A stretch of 40,367 bases of DNA, from positions 1-40,367 of the forward strand of contig JAZDCZ010000162.1 of NCBI GenBank assembly GCA_036679605.1, given 5' to 3'. This document shows, one piece after another, positions 9,461 through 17,885 of this stretch (position 1 is its first letter; each line of letters starts with the position of its first letter). A program made the position numbers and the translations under genes. The notes below the pieces were generated by a model. It saw only the letters and a list, made by a program, of their open reading frames with translations, did not search any database and was not told the origin of the DNA. This DNA is from Gemmatimonadota bacterium. GTDB lineage: Bacteria > Gemmatimonadota > Gemmatimonadetes > Gemmatimonadales > GWC2-71-9.

Positions 9461-9627
9461 TGGAGAAGAATACGCCCACGGCCGAGGTCTACGGCCGTGG
9501 CCCGGCAAAGGCTGGCCCACGCAAGCTAGTGCCTCCAGGCACGCCGTTTGGTAAAGTCGTTACCGATTCCCAAGGTCGAAGGTACCAACACACGCCGCGT
9601 GGGCTCCGTCGCCTTCGAGGGGTCTGA
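9460..9627 (+). CDS. 55-aa micro-ORF (MEKNTPTAEVYGRGPAKAGPRK...), absent from the ORF track
   Basis: TGATG coupling to the portal stop; its stop abuts the GTG of the next gene. Confidence 0.55.
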   Translation: MEKNTPTAEVYGRGPAKAGPRKLVPPGTPFGKVVTDSQGRRYQHTPRGLRRLRGV

Positions 9628-11385
9628 GTGAACGGCCGGTTGAATATACGCGAGCTCCCGCTCCGCACACGCGACCTAACCGACGATACGATGATTATCG
9701 TCGCCGACATGGTGGCCGACCGTCGTGGCGGTCCCTCCGTGGCTCGCACACCGCAGACGCGGGTACCGATCTTGCGGCTGGCCACGTTTCTCGATCAAGC
9801 CTCGCTGCGCAATTCCCCCTTTCTAGTGGCGGTGGCGGATGCAGGATTGGAAAATGCGCGGACGCTCCAGGGTGTCGGCGGTATCACGGTAACCGACCAA
9901 GGTGACGGCGCGACGGTCGACATTGACGGTACGGGGTTAGCCAGTTCGGCGGCTTGGGGCGGAATCACCGGCACCTTATCGGCGCAAACCGATTTGCAGT
10001 CCGCGCTCGATGCGAAAGCAGCCTTGACGCATACACACGTAGAAGCCGACATCACGGATCTTCAAGCTTACGCTCTATCCTCTGCGCTAACCGCCCACAC
10101 CGGTGACGGGACGATCCACTTCACGGAGGCATCAATCCTACACAACAATATCGGCGGTATCGGTGCGAGTGATCATCACACGCGCTATGCCGACTCGGAA
10201 GCTGTCGCCGCCATGGGTGTGCTCGGAGACACGAATCCACTCAATCACAGCCGCTATACAGACGCCGCTGCCGCCGCCGCTGCTCCCGTGCAAACAGTAT
10301 TCGGCCGCTCCGGCGCCGTCGTGCCGGTGGTAAACGATTATGCCTGGTCAGACATCGACAAAACGGTGAGCGACTTGGCTGACTTGACCACGCGCTCCCA
10401 CGCTTCGCTGACGAGCATCGGCACCAACTCACACGCGAGTCTCGACGCACATCTTGCCTCGGGCGCCAACCCGCACACGGTGACAGCGGCTCAAGCCGGT
10501 GCGCAGCCGCTCGACTCAACGTTGACCAGCCTGGCCGCGCTGGGCACGGCGGCCGATAAGCTCGCGTACACTACCGGCATTGATACCTGGGCCGAGGCTG
10601 CTTTGACTGCCGCAGGCCGGGCGTTACTCGACGACGCTGATGCGGCGGTGCAACGCGCTACCCTCGGTCTTGTGATCGGTACGGACGTGCAGGCTTGGAA
10701 CGTTACGCTCGACGGGTGGGCGGGCAGGGCGATACCTAACGGCGTTGTAGTCGGCACGAGCGATATACAGACCCTACTCAACAAGACGCTTCCGTCGCCC
10801 TTGCTAACCGATCCAGTAACGCAAGGGCTCGTGTCTCCCACCGTCGATGCGGTCGATGATCTTGGCTCGACGAGCAAGCGATACCGCGATCTATGGATCA
10901 GTCGCAACCTACAGATGAAGCTCGACCAGAAGCTATTTTTTGACGAAGATCAGAGTGCGTACATACAAAACACCGAGGGCATCGGGCTGGACGTGTTCAG
11001 GATGTTTGGCAGCTTCAATACCGAACTCGGCACGACGAGCGGCCTCGCTAATCAACGCCAGATATGGACGACGGCAGGTGTGAGTAATTGCGAGTGGTGG
11101 TTTCGGAAAATCACGACGGCAATTTTTGCGGTCAGAACGGACGGCCACGCTGCACTCAACGATTGGGCCAATCGAGGCAACGGACAATTTGCCGTGCGGC
11201 AAGAGGATACGGCTGGCGGAATCCCGGTGCTTCGTCTCGATCAGCAGGACATAAGCGAAGGTGTGATTGACTTCATTGCCTCTGCGCGGGGTAGCGGCAC
11301 GACGGCAGCAACGGATATCCAAGACACGGTGAGAGTAGAACTCAACGGTACGATTTACCGGTTGGCGCTCTATACCGACGCATAG
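9628..11385 (+). CDS. Fibre protein (tail or head fibre) with His-rich repeats
   Basis: WGGITGTLSAQTDLQSALDAK, HTHVEADITDL, NPHTVTAAQ and LTAAGRALLDDADAAVQRATLGL fibre motifs. Confidence 0.8.
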   Translation: MNGRLNIRELPLRTRDLTDDTMIIVADMVADRRGGPSVARTPQTRVPILRLATFLDQASLRNSPFLVAVADAGLENARTLQGVGGITVTDQGDGATVDIDGTGLASSAAWGGITGTLSAQTDLQSALDAKAALTHTHVEADITDLQAYALSSALTAHTGDGTIHFTEASILHNNIGGIGASDHHTRYADSEAVAAMGVLGDTNPLNHSRYTDAAAAAAAPVQTVFGRSGAVVPVVNDYAWSDIDKTVSDLADLTTRSHASLTSIGTNSHASLDAHLASGANPHTVTAAQAGAQPLDSTLTSLAALGTAADKLAYTTGIDTWAEAALTAAGRALLDDADAAVQRATLGLVIGTDVQAWNVTLDGWAGRAIPNGVVVGTSDIQTLLNKTLPSPLLTDPVTQGLVSPTVDAVDDLGSTSKRYRDLWISRNLQMKLDQKLFFDEDQSAYIQNTEGIGLDVFRMFGSFNTELGTTSGLANQRQIWTTAGVSNCEWWFRKITTAIFAVRTDGHAALNDWANRGNGQFAVRQEDTAGGIPVLRLDQQDISEGVIDFIASARGSGTTAATDIQDTVRVELNGTIYRLALYTDA

Positions 11386-11393
11386 GAGAAACC

Positions 11394-11699
11394 ATGGCCT
11401 TACAGCATGACATTGACATTGAGGGCGGCGTGGTGATTCCGAGTGCCTACGCGAGGCTCACAACTATTTACGTCGAGCGCCGAGGCGGTGAGATCATCGC
11501 CGAGGTGGGCGTCAACGTGTACCGAGACAAGGCTACGCGCGACGTAAATCCCGAGGGTATGGTCGCTTCGCATCTTACGTTTCAAGTCCGAGGCGCGGCA
11601 GTCACGAACGCCCTAAACTCGCCAAATACAATCGGGTTGCTCTATACCTGGCTAAAAACGCAGCGGGAATTTACCGGTGCAACGGACGTGCTCGAATAA
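11394..11699 (+). CDS. Fibre-associated small protein (possible chaperone)
   Basis: RBS AGGAGA; MALQ...AYAR...LYTWLKTQ.EF.GATDV pattern often seen after fibre genes. Confidence 0.65.
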   Translation: MALQHDIDIEGGVVIPSAYARLTTIYVERRGGEIIAEVGVNVYRDKATRDVNPEGMVASHLTFQVRGAAVTNALNSPNTIGLLYTWLKTQREFTGATDVLE

Positions 11700-11709
11700 C
11701 GGAGGCTCT

Positions 11710-11883
11710 ATGAAACCCGAAGAAGCACTCGCCATTGTCGACAACGTTGTTGCTCAAGTCCAGCTAAGCCGGGCCGATCACGTGCGGCTGGTAGAGGCGG
11801 TCAAGACTCTGTCAGCGTGTATTGAGCAGCCGCCCAAGCCGAAGCTCGCTGCGGTGAAAGACGGGGGAAAGACTGAGCCGTGA
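11710..11883 (+). CDS. 57-aa hypothetical protein
   Basis: ATG at 11710 after GGAGG; GTGA overlap with the next gene. Confidence 0.6.
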   Translation: MKPEEALAIVDNVVAQVQLSRADHVRLVEAVKTLSACIEQPPKPKLAAVKDGGKTEP

Positions 11884-12161
11884 GCGAAGGAGTAGCCCGT
11901 GAGAATGCGCAGAAGCTTATATCTGCGGTGGAGCTCTCCAGGCAACGAAACGCCTCATGGGCGCGGCTACTCGGTAGCGGTGAAGGTCGGCAACGATTGG
12001 AAGAACTTGAAGCGTTACTGATCGGCCAGCCGACCTACCGGGAGCGGGCCAACCAGGAAGGCCCAACAGAGGACGCTCTGTATATGGCGTTTCGTGAAGG
12101 ACAAAACTCGCTAGTGCGGCAAATACGTAAAGCCGTAACACGGGGTCAAGCAGGAGAATGA
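11880..12161 (+). CDS. Bbp19-like small protein
   Basis: EGRQRLEEL...AFREGQNSLVRQI; lies between portal and scaffold. Confidence 0.7.
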   Translation: MSEGVARENAQKLISAVELSRQRNASWARLLGSGEGRQRLEELEALLIGQPTYRERANQEGPTEDALYMAFREGQNSLVRQIRKAVTRGQAGE

Positions 12162-12182
12162 GGAAAGAGGAAGGAGTGGAAT

Positions 12183-12554
12183 ATGCCGAACACAATAGAC
12201 GTTGAAACTGAAAGTTTACACGCGGCTGCCGCCTTGGCTGCGAGTGCGACGCTCGTCTCGGGCGTGTTGGTCAATCGAGCACGAAGCAACAACGTGCTCA
12301 AGCTCAGGGTTGCCGGCACTGGTGCTGCCGATGTCAAAGCGGAGTTTGCGGTGTCATCCGATCCCGCTGGCGCCAACCTCGGCGGCTACGAGACGATCGT
12401 CGCCTCGACTAATGCGCAAAACGAACCGGAGAAGTACCACGAGATAGCAATTCCGGTGCTCGTGGGCCCGTACTTCAAAATCAAGATCACCGAGCTCACG
12501 GGAACCGTGGCAGACACGGTGGTCGATGCGCAGCTACTGCGCGTGAACACGTAG
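12183..12554 (+). CDS. Beta-rich hypothetical virion protein
   Basis: Strong RBS; alternating beta-strand pattern (PYFKIKITE). Confidence 0.6.
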   Translation: MPNTIDVETESLHAAAALAASATLVSGVLVNRARSNNVLKLRVAGTGAADVKAEFAVSSDPAGANLGGYETIVASTNAQNEPEKYHEIAIPVLVGPYFKIKITELTGTVADTVVDAQLLRVNT

Positions 12555-12588
12555 GCGACGAATTATTAAGTGGAGGAGGTAGAGGAGA

Positions 12589-13389
12589 ATGAGTGAACCA
12601 GGAACAGGGACAGAAGGAGACGGGGGAAAAGGTACTCCGCCTAGTGGAGGAGATCCGGGCGCTGGAGGCGATCCGCCTACCGGTGGCGATCCAAACGCGT
12701 GGTTTTATGCCGACGGAGTGGCCGGCGAGGGAGAGCGCCCGGAGTATTTACTCGAGAAGTACAGCACGGTGTCTGACCAGGCCAAGGGGTACAACGAGCT
12801 CTACGGTGAGTACCAGCGTCGCGGTGAGCAGCTGAAAGGTCACGCTGGTGCGCCGCCGACGTTCGAGTTCGCAATGCCGCAAGGCGTTGAAGGTGAGTTT
12901 AACGCGGAGCATCCCATGTATCAGGCGGTCCAGGAGTGGGGCGCTGAGTACGGGATCACACAGGAGGCATTCACGGGGCTCCTGAGCCGGTTCGTGACCA
13001 TAGATGCCACGATGACCACAGAGGGCAAGACGGCGACGCTAGCGGCCTTAGACGAGAAGTATGGGCCACAGCGAGCAGCCAAGCAGGAGGAGCTTGGTGA
13101 TTTCGTCGCCTCGTTCTTCGGTGCGGAACTGGCCGAGCGAGCCCGTGAGCTGACGCAGACTGTCAACGGTACCGAATTGTTGGAGCATATCCGCAAGACG
13201 GTAACGGCCGCGCCGTTCAATCCGATGCCGGGCGGAGCGCCTGCCGCCGGTGCGGCGACGCAGGATGAGCTGAATCACAAGTATCTAGATAACCCGGTGT
13301 ATCTGGAGTCGAGCGAGCGTGGGCAAGCCCTACGCGACGAGTACCAGGCCGCACTGCGGCGCTGGAATGCAGCCCATCCCGGCAGCTAA
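12589..13389 (+). CDS. Capsid scaffolding protein
   Basis: Acidic, with a Gly/Pro N-terminus (GGDP repeats) and PEYLLEKY...QAKGYNEL; immediately upstream of the capsid gene. Confidence 0.8.
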   Translation: MSEPGTGTEGDGGKGTPPSGGDPGAGGDPPTGGDPNAWFYADGVAGEGERPEYLLEKYSTVSDQAKGYNELYGEYQRRGEQLKGHAGAPPTFEFAMPQGVEGEFNAEHPMYQAVQEWGAEYGITQEAFTGLLSRFVTIDATMTTEGKTATLAALDEKYGPQRAAKQEELGDFVASFFGAELAERARELTQTVNGTELLEHIRKTVTAAPFNPMPGGAPAAGAATQDELNHKYLDNPVYLESSERGQALRDEYQAALRRWNAAHPGS

Positions 13390-13395
13390 CAACGC

Positions 13396-13437
13396 TGCTG
13401 TATCTATGCAGTCGCCCGTCTAGCGACGGGCGACTGC
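13396..13437 (+). promoter_or_regulatory. Repeated element, copy 2, running into a perfect 13-bp hairpin
   Basis: TGCTGTATCTATGCAGTCGCC at 13396-13416; stem GCAGTCGCCCGTC-TAGC-GACGGGCGACTGC at 13408-13437. Confidence 0.65.
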
Positions 13438-13459
13438 CATCGTAATCTAAGTATCGAAC

Positions 13460-13635
13460 GGGAAGCGGCGCAGGGATACCCGGCGTCAGTCGGCTCCAAG
13501 GCTCCGCTCCCAAAGTAAGTTTTTACCAGGACACCCCGCGCAAGCGGGCTCTGGGCTCTCGAAAAAAAGAGTCCACCTGTGTCGGCTCCGCCTCACGGCG
13601 GGACACCCGATCCGGTGACCAAAACGGATTGGAGG
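13460..13635 (+). ncRNA. Candidate structured cis-regulatory RNA in the capsid gene leader
   Basis: Three stem-loops each carry a 5'-GAYAC-3'/5'-CT-3' internal loop; one is capped by a GCAA tetraloop. Confidence 0.55.
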
Positions 13636-13642
13636 TCTTGCC

Positions 13643-14476
13643 GTGAGCAAGTTTTTAACAAAGGAAGCCGTCCAGCAGTTCGAGGCGGAGGTCAAGCACG
13701 ACTACCAGGCAATGGAGTCCGTGCTCAAGCCGTTCGTCCGGCTGCGTAACAACGTAACTGGGGATCAGACGAAGTTCCCTGTGATGGGCAAAGGTGTGGC
13801 CACGCTGCGAGGTGCCTCGCAGACCGACGTGACGCCGATGAACGTCGATCACGACCGGGTGCCTGTGCTCCTGAGTAATTTTGTTGCTCCCGAGTACACC
13901 GATATCTTCGACCAGGCCGAGCAGAACTTTGATGAGCGCCGGGAGCTCTCTCAGACCATCGCTGCGGCCATCCACCGTCGGTGTGACCAGCTGGTCATCG
14001 ACGCTCTGAACGCGAGTGCTGCGACTTCTATCGCGGTGGGGACCACCAACCTGACCGTGGCGAAGCTCCGTACAGCGCGAACGTTGTTCGGCACCAAGGA
14101 AGTGCCGAAGGGCGAGCGCGTCATCCTGTGCCATTCGGAAAACATGGAGTCGCTGCTGGCCGAAACCGAGGTCACGAGCTCGGACTTCAACCAGGTCAAG
14201 GCACTGGTCCAGGGCGATCTCGACACCTTCCTTGGGTTCAAGTTCGTCGAGATCGGCGATCGTGACGAAGGCGGGCTGCTGAAAGCCGGCAACAACCGGA
14301 CGGTGCTCGCGTGGCACAAGGCATCGACCGCCTTGGCCATCGGTATCGACTTCAGCGTCCACATCGACTGGGTGCCGGAGAAAACGTCGTGGCTCTGTAA
14401 CGGCATTCTCAAAGCCGGCGCTGGCGTCATCGACGTCGAGGGCGTCGTCAAAATCGTCGCGGACGAAACCAAGTAA
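13643..14476 (+). CDS. Major capsid protein
   Basis: QFEAEVKHDYQ...KFPVMGKG...DIFDQ...DTFLGFKF...WHK...IDVEGVV; RBS GGAGG. Confidence 0.92.
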   Translation: MSKFLTKEAVQQFEAEVKHDYQAMESVLKPFVRLRNNVTGDQTKFPVMGKGVATLRGASQTDVTPMNVDHDRVPVLLSNFVAPEYTDIFDQAEQNFDERRELSQTIAAAIHRRCDQLVIDALNASAATSIAVGTTNLTVAKLRTARTLFGTKEVPKGERVILCHSENMESLLAETEVTSSDFNQVKALVQGDLDTFLGFKFVEIGDRDEGGLLKAGNNRTVLAWHKASTALAIGIDFSVHIDWVPEKTSWLCNGILKAGAGVIDVEGVVKIVADETK

Positions 14477-14513
14477 GGCCGCGTAACCGAAGAAGGATTG
14501 GAGGAAATAAATT

Positions 14514-14798
14514 ATGGCTTTTACTCTCGGTAATTTTGCTAAGGACTCGACGTCGGGAAACATCGACGCCGGGACGACCTTTAGGTACAGGGGGCCGGCC
14601 GCTGAAACGCTCGCTGCGATTCAAGCTGCCGACTACTTCGCGCCCGTGGCGCATCGGTTGGAGGTCGAGGACATCATCATCTTCTCCAACGTGGATTCCA
14701 CGGGAATGAAGGGCGGCATGCTCGCCGTCGTGGCGGTGACCAAGCCGTTGGCCGGCGCGACCGCAGCGGTAACGACCAGGACCATAGTCTCCGGCTAA
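14514..14798 (+). CDS. Probable capsid decoration protein
   Basis: Follows the capsid gene; ETLAAIQAADYF...LEVEDII motif. Confidence 0.65.
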   Translation: MAFTLGNFAKDSTSGNIDAGTTFRYRGPAAETLAAIQAADYFAPVAHRLEVEDIIIFSNVDSTGMKGGMLAVVAVTKPLAGATAAVTTRTIVSG

Positions 14799-14808
14799 CG
14801 CCGGCGTT

Positions 14809-14861
14809 GGCGGCTCGGTCGCGTGGCGTTGTCTCCTACGCTGCGTGACCGGGCCGCCTTT
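14809..14861 (+). terminator. Long GC-rich hairpin after the head genes (weak or readthrough terminator)
   Basis: GGCGGCTCGGTCGCGTGGCGT-8 nt loop-ACGCTGCGTGACCGGGCCGCC-TTT; 21 bp including G-U pairs; short U tract. Confidence 0.55.
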
Positions 14862-14875
14862 ACCGCGAGGCTCTG

Positions 14876-15442
14876 GTGGCTGTCAATAAAGTAGAGCTCG
14901 CAAACCGCGCACTGGTGTTGCTCGGTGAGGAGCCGATACAGTCTTTTCAAGACGAGAATGTGCAGGCGCAAACCGCCTCGGTTCTCTACGATCAATGCCT
15001 CCTAACGCTACTGTCAGAATATCCATGGCGGTTTGCTACTAAGATCGTCACGCTGGCGCAGCTGACCGGCGACTCGGTAGCACAGGAGTGGAAGAACCGG
15101 CACGCGCTGCCATCTGACTATCTAACGCTCCAAGAGATCGAGCAGACCTTGGACTTTCAGCTATTTGAGGGTCTGGAGGTGCATTCTAATCATACGACTC
15201 TGACGCTGGTCTACACCTACCGGCCTTTAGAGCATTGGTTTCCCGGCTACTTTCAGAAGTACCTGGTGACGCAGCTGGCCGCAGACATGGCCTATCCCAT
15301 CACCGAGGACGATCGTAAGGCCGAGTACTTCCAAACGCTGGCCGACGTGGTCGGCCGCAAGTCTCGGCATATAGATTCCAAGAGCTCGCCACGTAGCGGG
15401 GTTGTCGACGACGGCGGGGTTGTCTCCAGGCGGTTCTCGTAA
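14876..15442 (+). CDS. Tail tubular protein A (adaptor, gp11-like)
   Basis: ELANRALVLLGEEPI...YPWRFA...LPSDYL...F...LAADMA. Confidence 0.88.
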   Translation: MAVNKVELANRALVLLGEEPIQSFQDENVQAQTASVLYDQCLLTLLSEYPWRFATKIVTLAQLTGDSVAQEWKNRHALPSDYLTLQEIEQTLDFQLFEGLEVHSNHTTLTLVYTYRPLEHWFPGYFQKYLVTQLAADMAYPITEDDRKAEYFQTLADVVGRKSRHIDSKSSPRSGVVDDGGVVSRRFS

Positions 15443-17478
15443 TGGGCCGCGTCTACGCCCTACAAAACAACTTCACGGTCGGGATGCTCGACCCGCTGAT
15501 GCTGGCTCGTGTCGATATCGACCAGTACTACGGCGGCTGTAAGGATCTGACGAACGTCGTGTGTCTGCCGCATGGTGCAGTGCGCCGCCGCCCGGGCTCG
15601 CGGTATATCGCTGTCGTGCCGGGCTCGGTGAGTCTCGGCTGTCGATTGGCGGCTTTTGAGTTCAACGAGGCGCAAACCTACGTACTACTGTTCACTGATA
15701 CCAAGATCGAGATTTACGACAACGGTGTACTCGACTTCACACTGAGTGCCGGTGACGGCGTGCCATGGACCGAGGCCGAGCTTGCGCGGATCAACTGGAC
15801 GCAATCGGCAGACACAATGATCGTGGTGCATCCTGACCACGCGCCGCGACGGATACTGCGCACGGGTGCGACGTGGGCCATTGATGTCCTGCCGCTGAAA
15901 AACGTGCCGAAGTTCAATTTTGCCGACGGGAGTTCTCCCCCTGGTGCGAACGAGGTGCAGCAGCTAACGCCTGCGGGAGCGATGGTCTGGGGAAAGTTTG
16001 CGCTCGGTGAGTTCACAACCGAGTTGATTATCACCAATCCGACTACGCAGACGGCGGCGCAGGTTGCCGCAAGAATCGAGGCGGCGTTGCGTAAACTCGG
16101 CAATACCTCGGATACGGGAATCACGGTCATCAGCGTCGGCACCGAGCAAAACCGGGTCTATGAAGTTACCTTTGGCGGTGACGACGGCGACCTGGATTGG
16201 GAACAGATCGTTGCCTTTACTCCCACTGGGGGCTCGTGGGGCACGACTGAAACGATGACGGAGGGAACGCCGCCGGTAGAGGAAACCTGGAGCGCTGGGC
16301 GTGGCTGGCCAACATCGGTGACGTTTCACGCCGGGCGGCTGGTATTTGGCGGATCGAAGTCTCGGCCGAACGTGTGGTGGGGCTCCAAGTCGGGCGACTT
16401 CTTCAACTTCGACGTGGGCGAGGGGCTAGACGACGAAGCTATCGAGCGGCCGATGGTGACCGATCAGCTAAACGCCATCATCAACGTCTACAGTGCTCGG
16501 CACTTACAGATATTTACCACGGGGGCTGAGTTCTACGTACCGGCACGTGTACCGACGCCGGAGGATTCCGCACCGATCCGTCAGACCAGTTATGGCTCGG
16601 CACCGGTGCGGCCGATCTTCGTGGACGGCGCGACGTTGTTCGTGCAGGAAAACAAGCGGGCGGTGCGTGACTTCCTCTTTGGTTTTGCCGAGGAAGCTTA
16701 CTCCTCTAGCGAAACGTCTTTGCTGTTTCAGAGTTTTGTGGCCGACCCCGTCGACATGGCGGTGCAGCTTAATCGCTTCGGTGACTACGGTTACGTGGTG
16801 ACCGAGGCTGGGATCATCGCGGTGCTCAACACCAACCGTGAGCAGGGCATCAAGGGCTGGACGCGGTTCAACACGGCGGGAACCTACGAACACGTCGCGG
16901 TTGCCGACGACATTGTACACGTCGTGGTCAAGCGGACGATCAACGGCACGGCAGTGCGGTGGCTTGAGAAGTTCGACGAGGCTGCGTTTCTGGATGCTGG
17001 CGTGACATTGACCGGCTCGCAGCTGACCACGTGGACGGGGCTGTCACGTTTGGACGGAGAGACGGTGAACCTGGTGCTCGACGGTGTGCCGCAGGGAACA
17101 GCTGTCGTTACGGGCGGTCAGGTGACTACACCGGTGGCTGGAGACTCGTTAGAGGTCGGGCTCCTGTTCACGCCACGGATCGAGACGCTACCGGTCGACG
17201 TGGGGCTGGCCAACGGTCGCATCCGCCAGCACACCCGTAAGGTAACGCAGGCTACGCTCAATTTACTCAATTCCGCCGGTGTGTTCGTGAACGGGTACCG
17301 CGCAAAGCAGCGGGCCATAGGGCAAGCAGCGTTCACACTGCCGACGCCTCCTATTACGGGGATCGTCGACGTGCGACTGCGTGGGTACGGGCGGGAGCCG
17401 ACGGTGGTCATCACGCAGACCGAGCCTCTGCCGATGACGATTCTAGCCCTAGAGCAGGAAGTGAGGATCTCGTACTAA
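15442..17478 (+). CDS. Tail tubular protein B (nozzle, gp12-like)
   Basis: QNNFTVGMLDP...RRRPG...WTQSADTM...GWPTSVTFHAGRL...QTEPLPMTILA. Confidence 0.9.
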   Translation: MGRVYALQNNFTVGMLDPLMLARVDIDQYYGGCKDLTNVVCLPHGAVRRRPGSRYIAVVPGSVSLGCRLAAFEFNEAQTYVLLFTDTKIEIYDNGVLDFTLSAGDGVPWTEAELARINWTQSADTMIVVHPDHAPRRILRTGATWAIDVLPLKNVPKFNFADGSSPPGANEVQQLTPAGAMVWGKFALGEFTTELIITNPTTQTAAQVAARIEAALRKLGNTSDTGITVISVGTEQNRVYEVTFGGDDGDLDWEQIVAFTPTGGSWGTTETMTEGTPPVEETWSAGRGWPTSVTFHAGRLVFGGSKSRPNVWWGSKSGDFFNFDVGEGLDDEAIERPMVTDQLNAIINVYSARHLQIFTTGAEFYVPARVPTPEDSAPIRQTSYGSAPVRPIFVDGATLFVQENKRAVRDFLFGFAEEAYSSSETSLLFQSFVADPVDMAVQLNRFGDYGYVVTEAGIIAVLNTNREQGIKGWTRFNTAGTYEHVAVADDIVHVVVKRTINGTAVRWLEKFDEAAFLDAGVTLTGSQLTTWTGLSRLDGETVNLVLDGVPQGTAVVTGGQVTTPVAGDSLEVGLLFTPRIETLPVDVGLANGRIRQHTRKVTQATLNLLNSAGVFVNGYRAKQRAIGQAAFTLPTPPITGIVDVRLRGYGREPTVVITQTEPLPMTILALEQEVRISY

Positions 17479-17885
17479 TGCAATACGCAATCATAGCAAT
17501 GGCTGTCGGCGGCGCCATGTCCAGTATTGCGGGCGGCAAGGCTGCAGCCGGTGAGGCGAAGATCGCCGCTGAGGGAGAGCGCCAGGCGGGGAAAGATCGA
17601 GAACTCCAGCGTCAAGAGAAGATCAAAAAGGTCTTGGCCTCACAGCGGGCGTACTTCGCCGGCACGGGCGGTGACCCGAACGCAGGCTCGGCTCTGGCGA
17701 TTGGGGCAAACACACAGGAAAACTTTGACATCGACCAAGGGACCGATCGGTACAACACCCGGCTGCGCGTACGGCGGTACATGACGAGTGCGAGTAACGC
17801 GAAACGCCAGGGGCTCTATAACGCTGCGCTCTCGCTAGGGAGTGGATTCGTGCAGTACAAAATGGCCGGCAAGCTGAACACCTAA
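17478..17885 (+). CDS. Internal virion (ejection) protein, gp14-like
   Basis: Ala/Gly-rich; SQRAYFAGTG...GSAL; TAATG coupling. Confidence 0.75.
   Translation: MQYAIIAMAVGGAMSSIAGGKAAAGEAKIAAEGERQAGKDRELQRQEKIKKVLASQRAYFAGTGGDPNAGSALAIGANTQENFDIDQGTDRYNTRLRVRRYMTSASNAKRQGLYNAALSLGSGFVQYKMAGKLNT

Noticed and set aside
13398..13411. Repeated element as an E. coli-type LexA box
   Set aside because: Spacing is CTG-N8-CAG rather than CTG-N10-CAG, and conservation extends well beyond the dyad.
13655..14563. Long minus-strand ORFs opposite the capsid gene, and similar ones at 2889-3797, 8671-9303 and 26963-27637
   Set aside because: They are shadow ORFs expected in GC-rich coding DNA and show no recognisable motifs.
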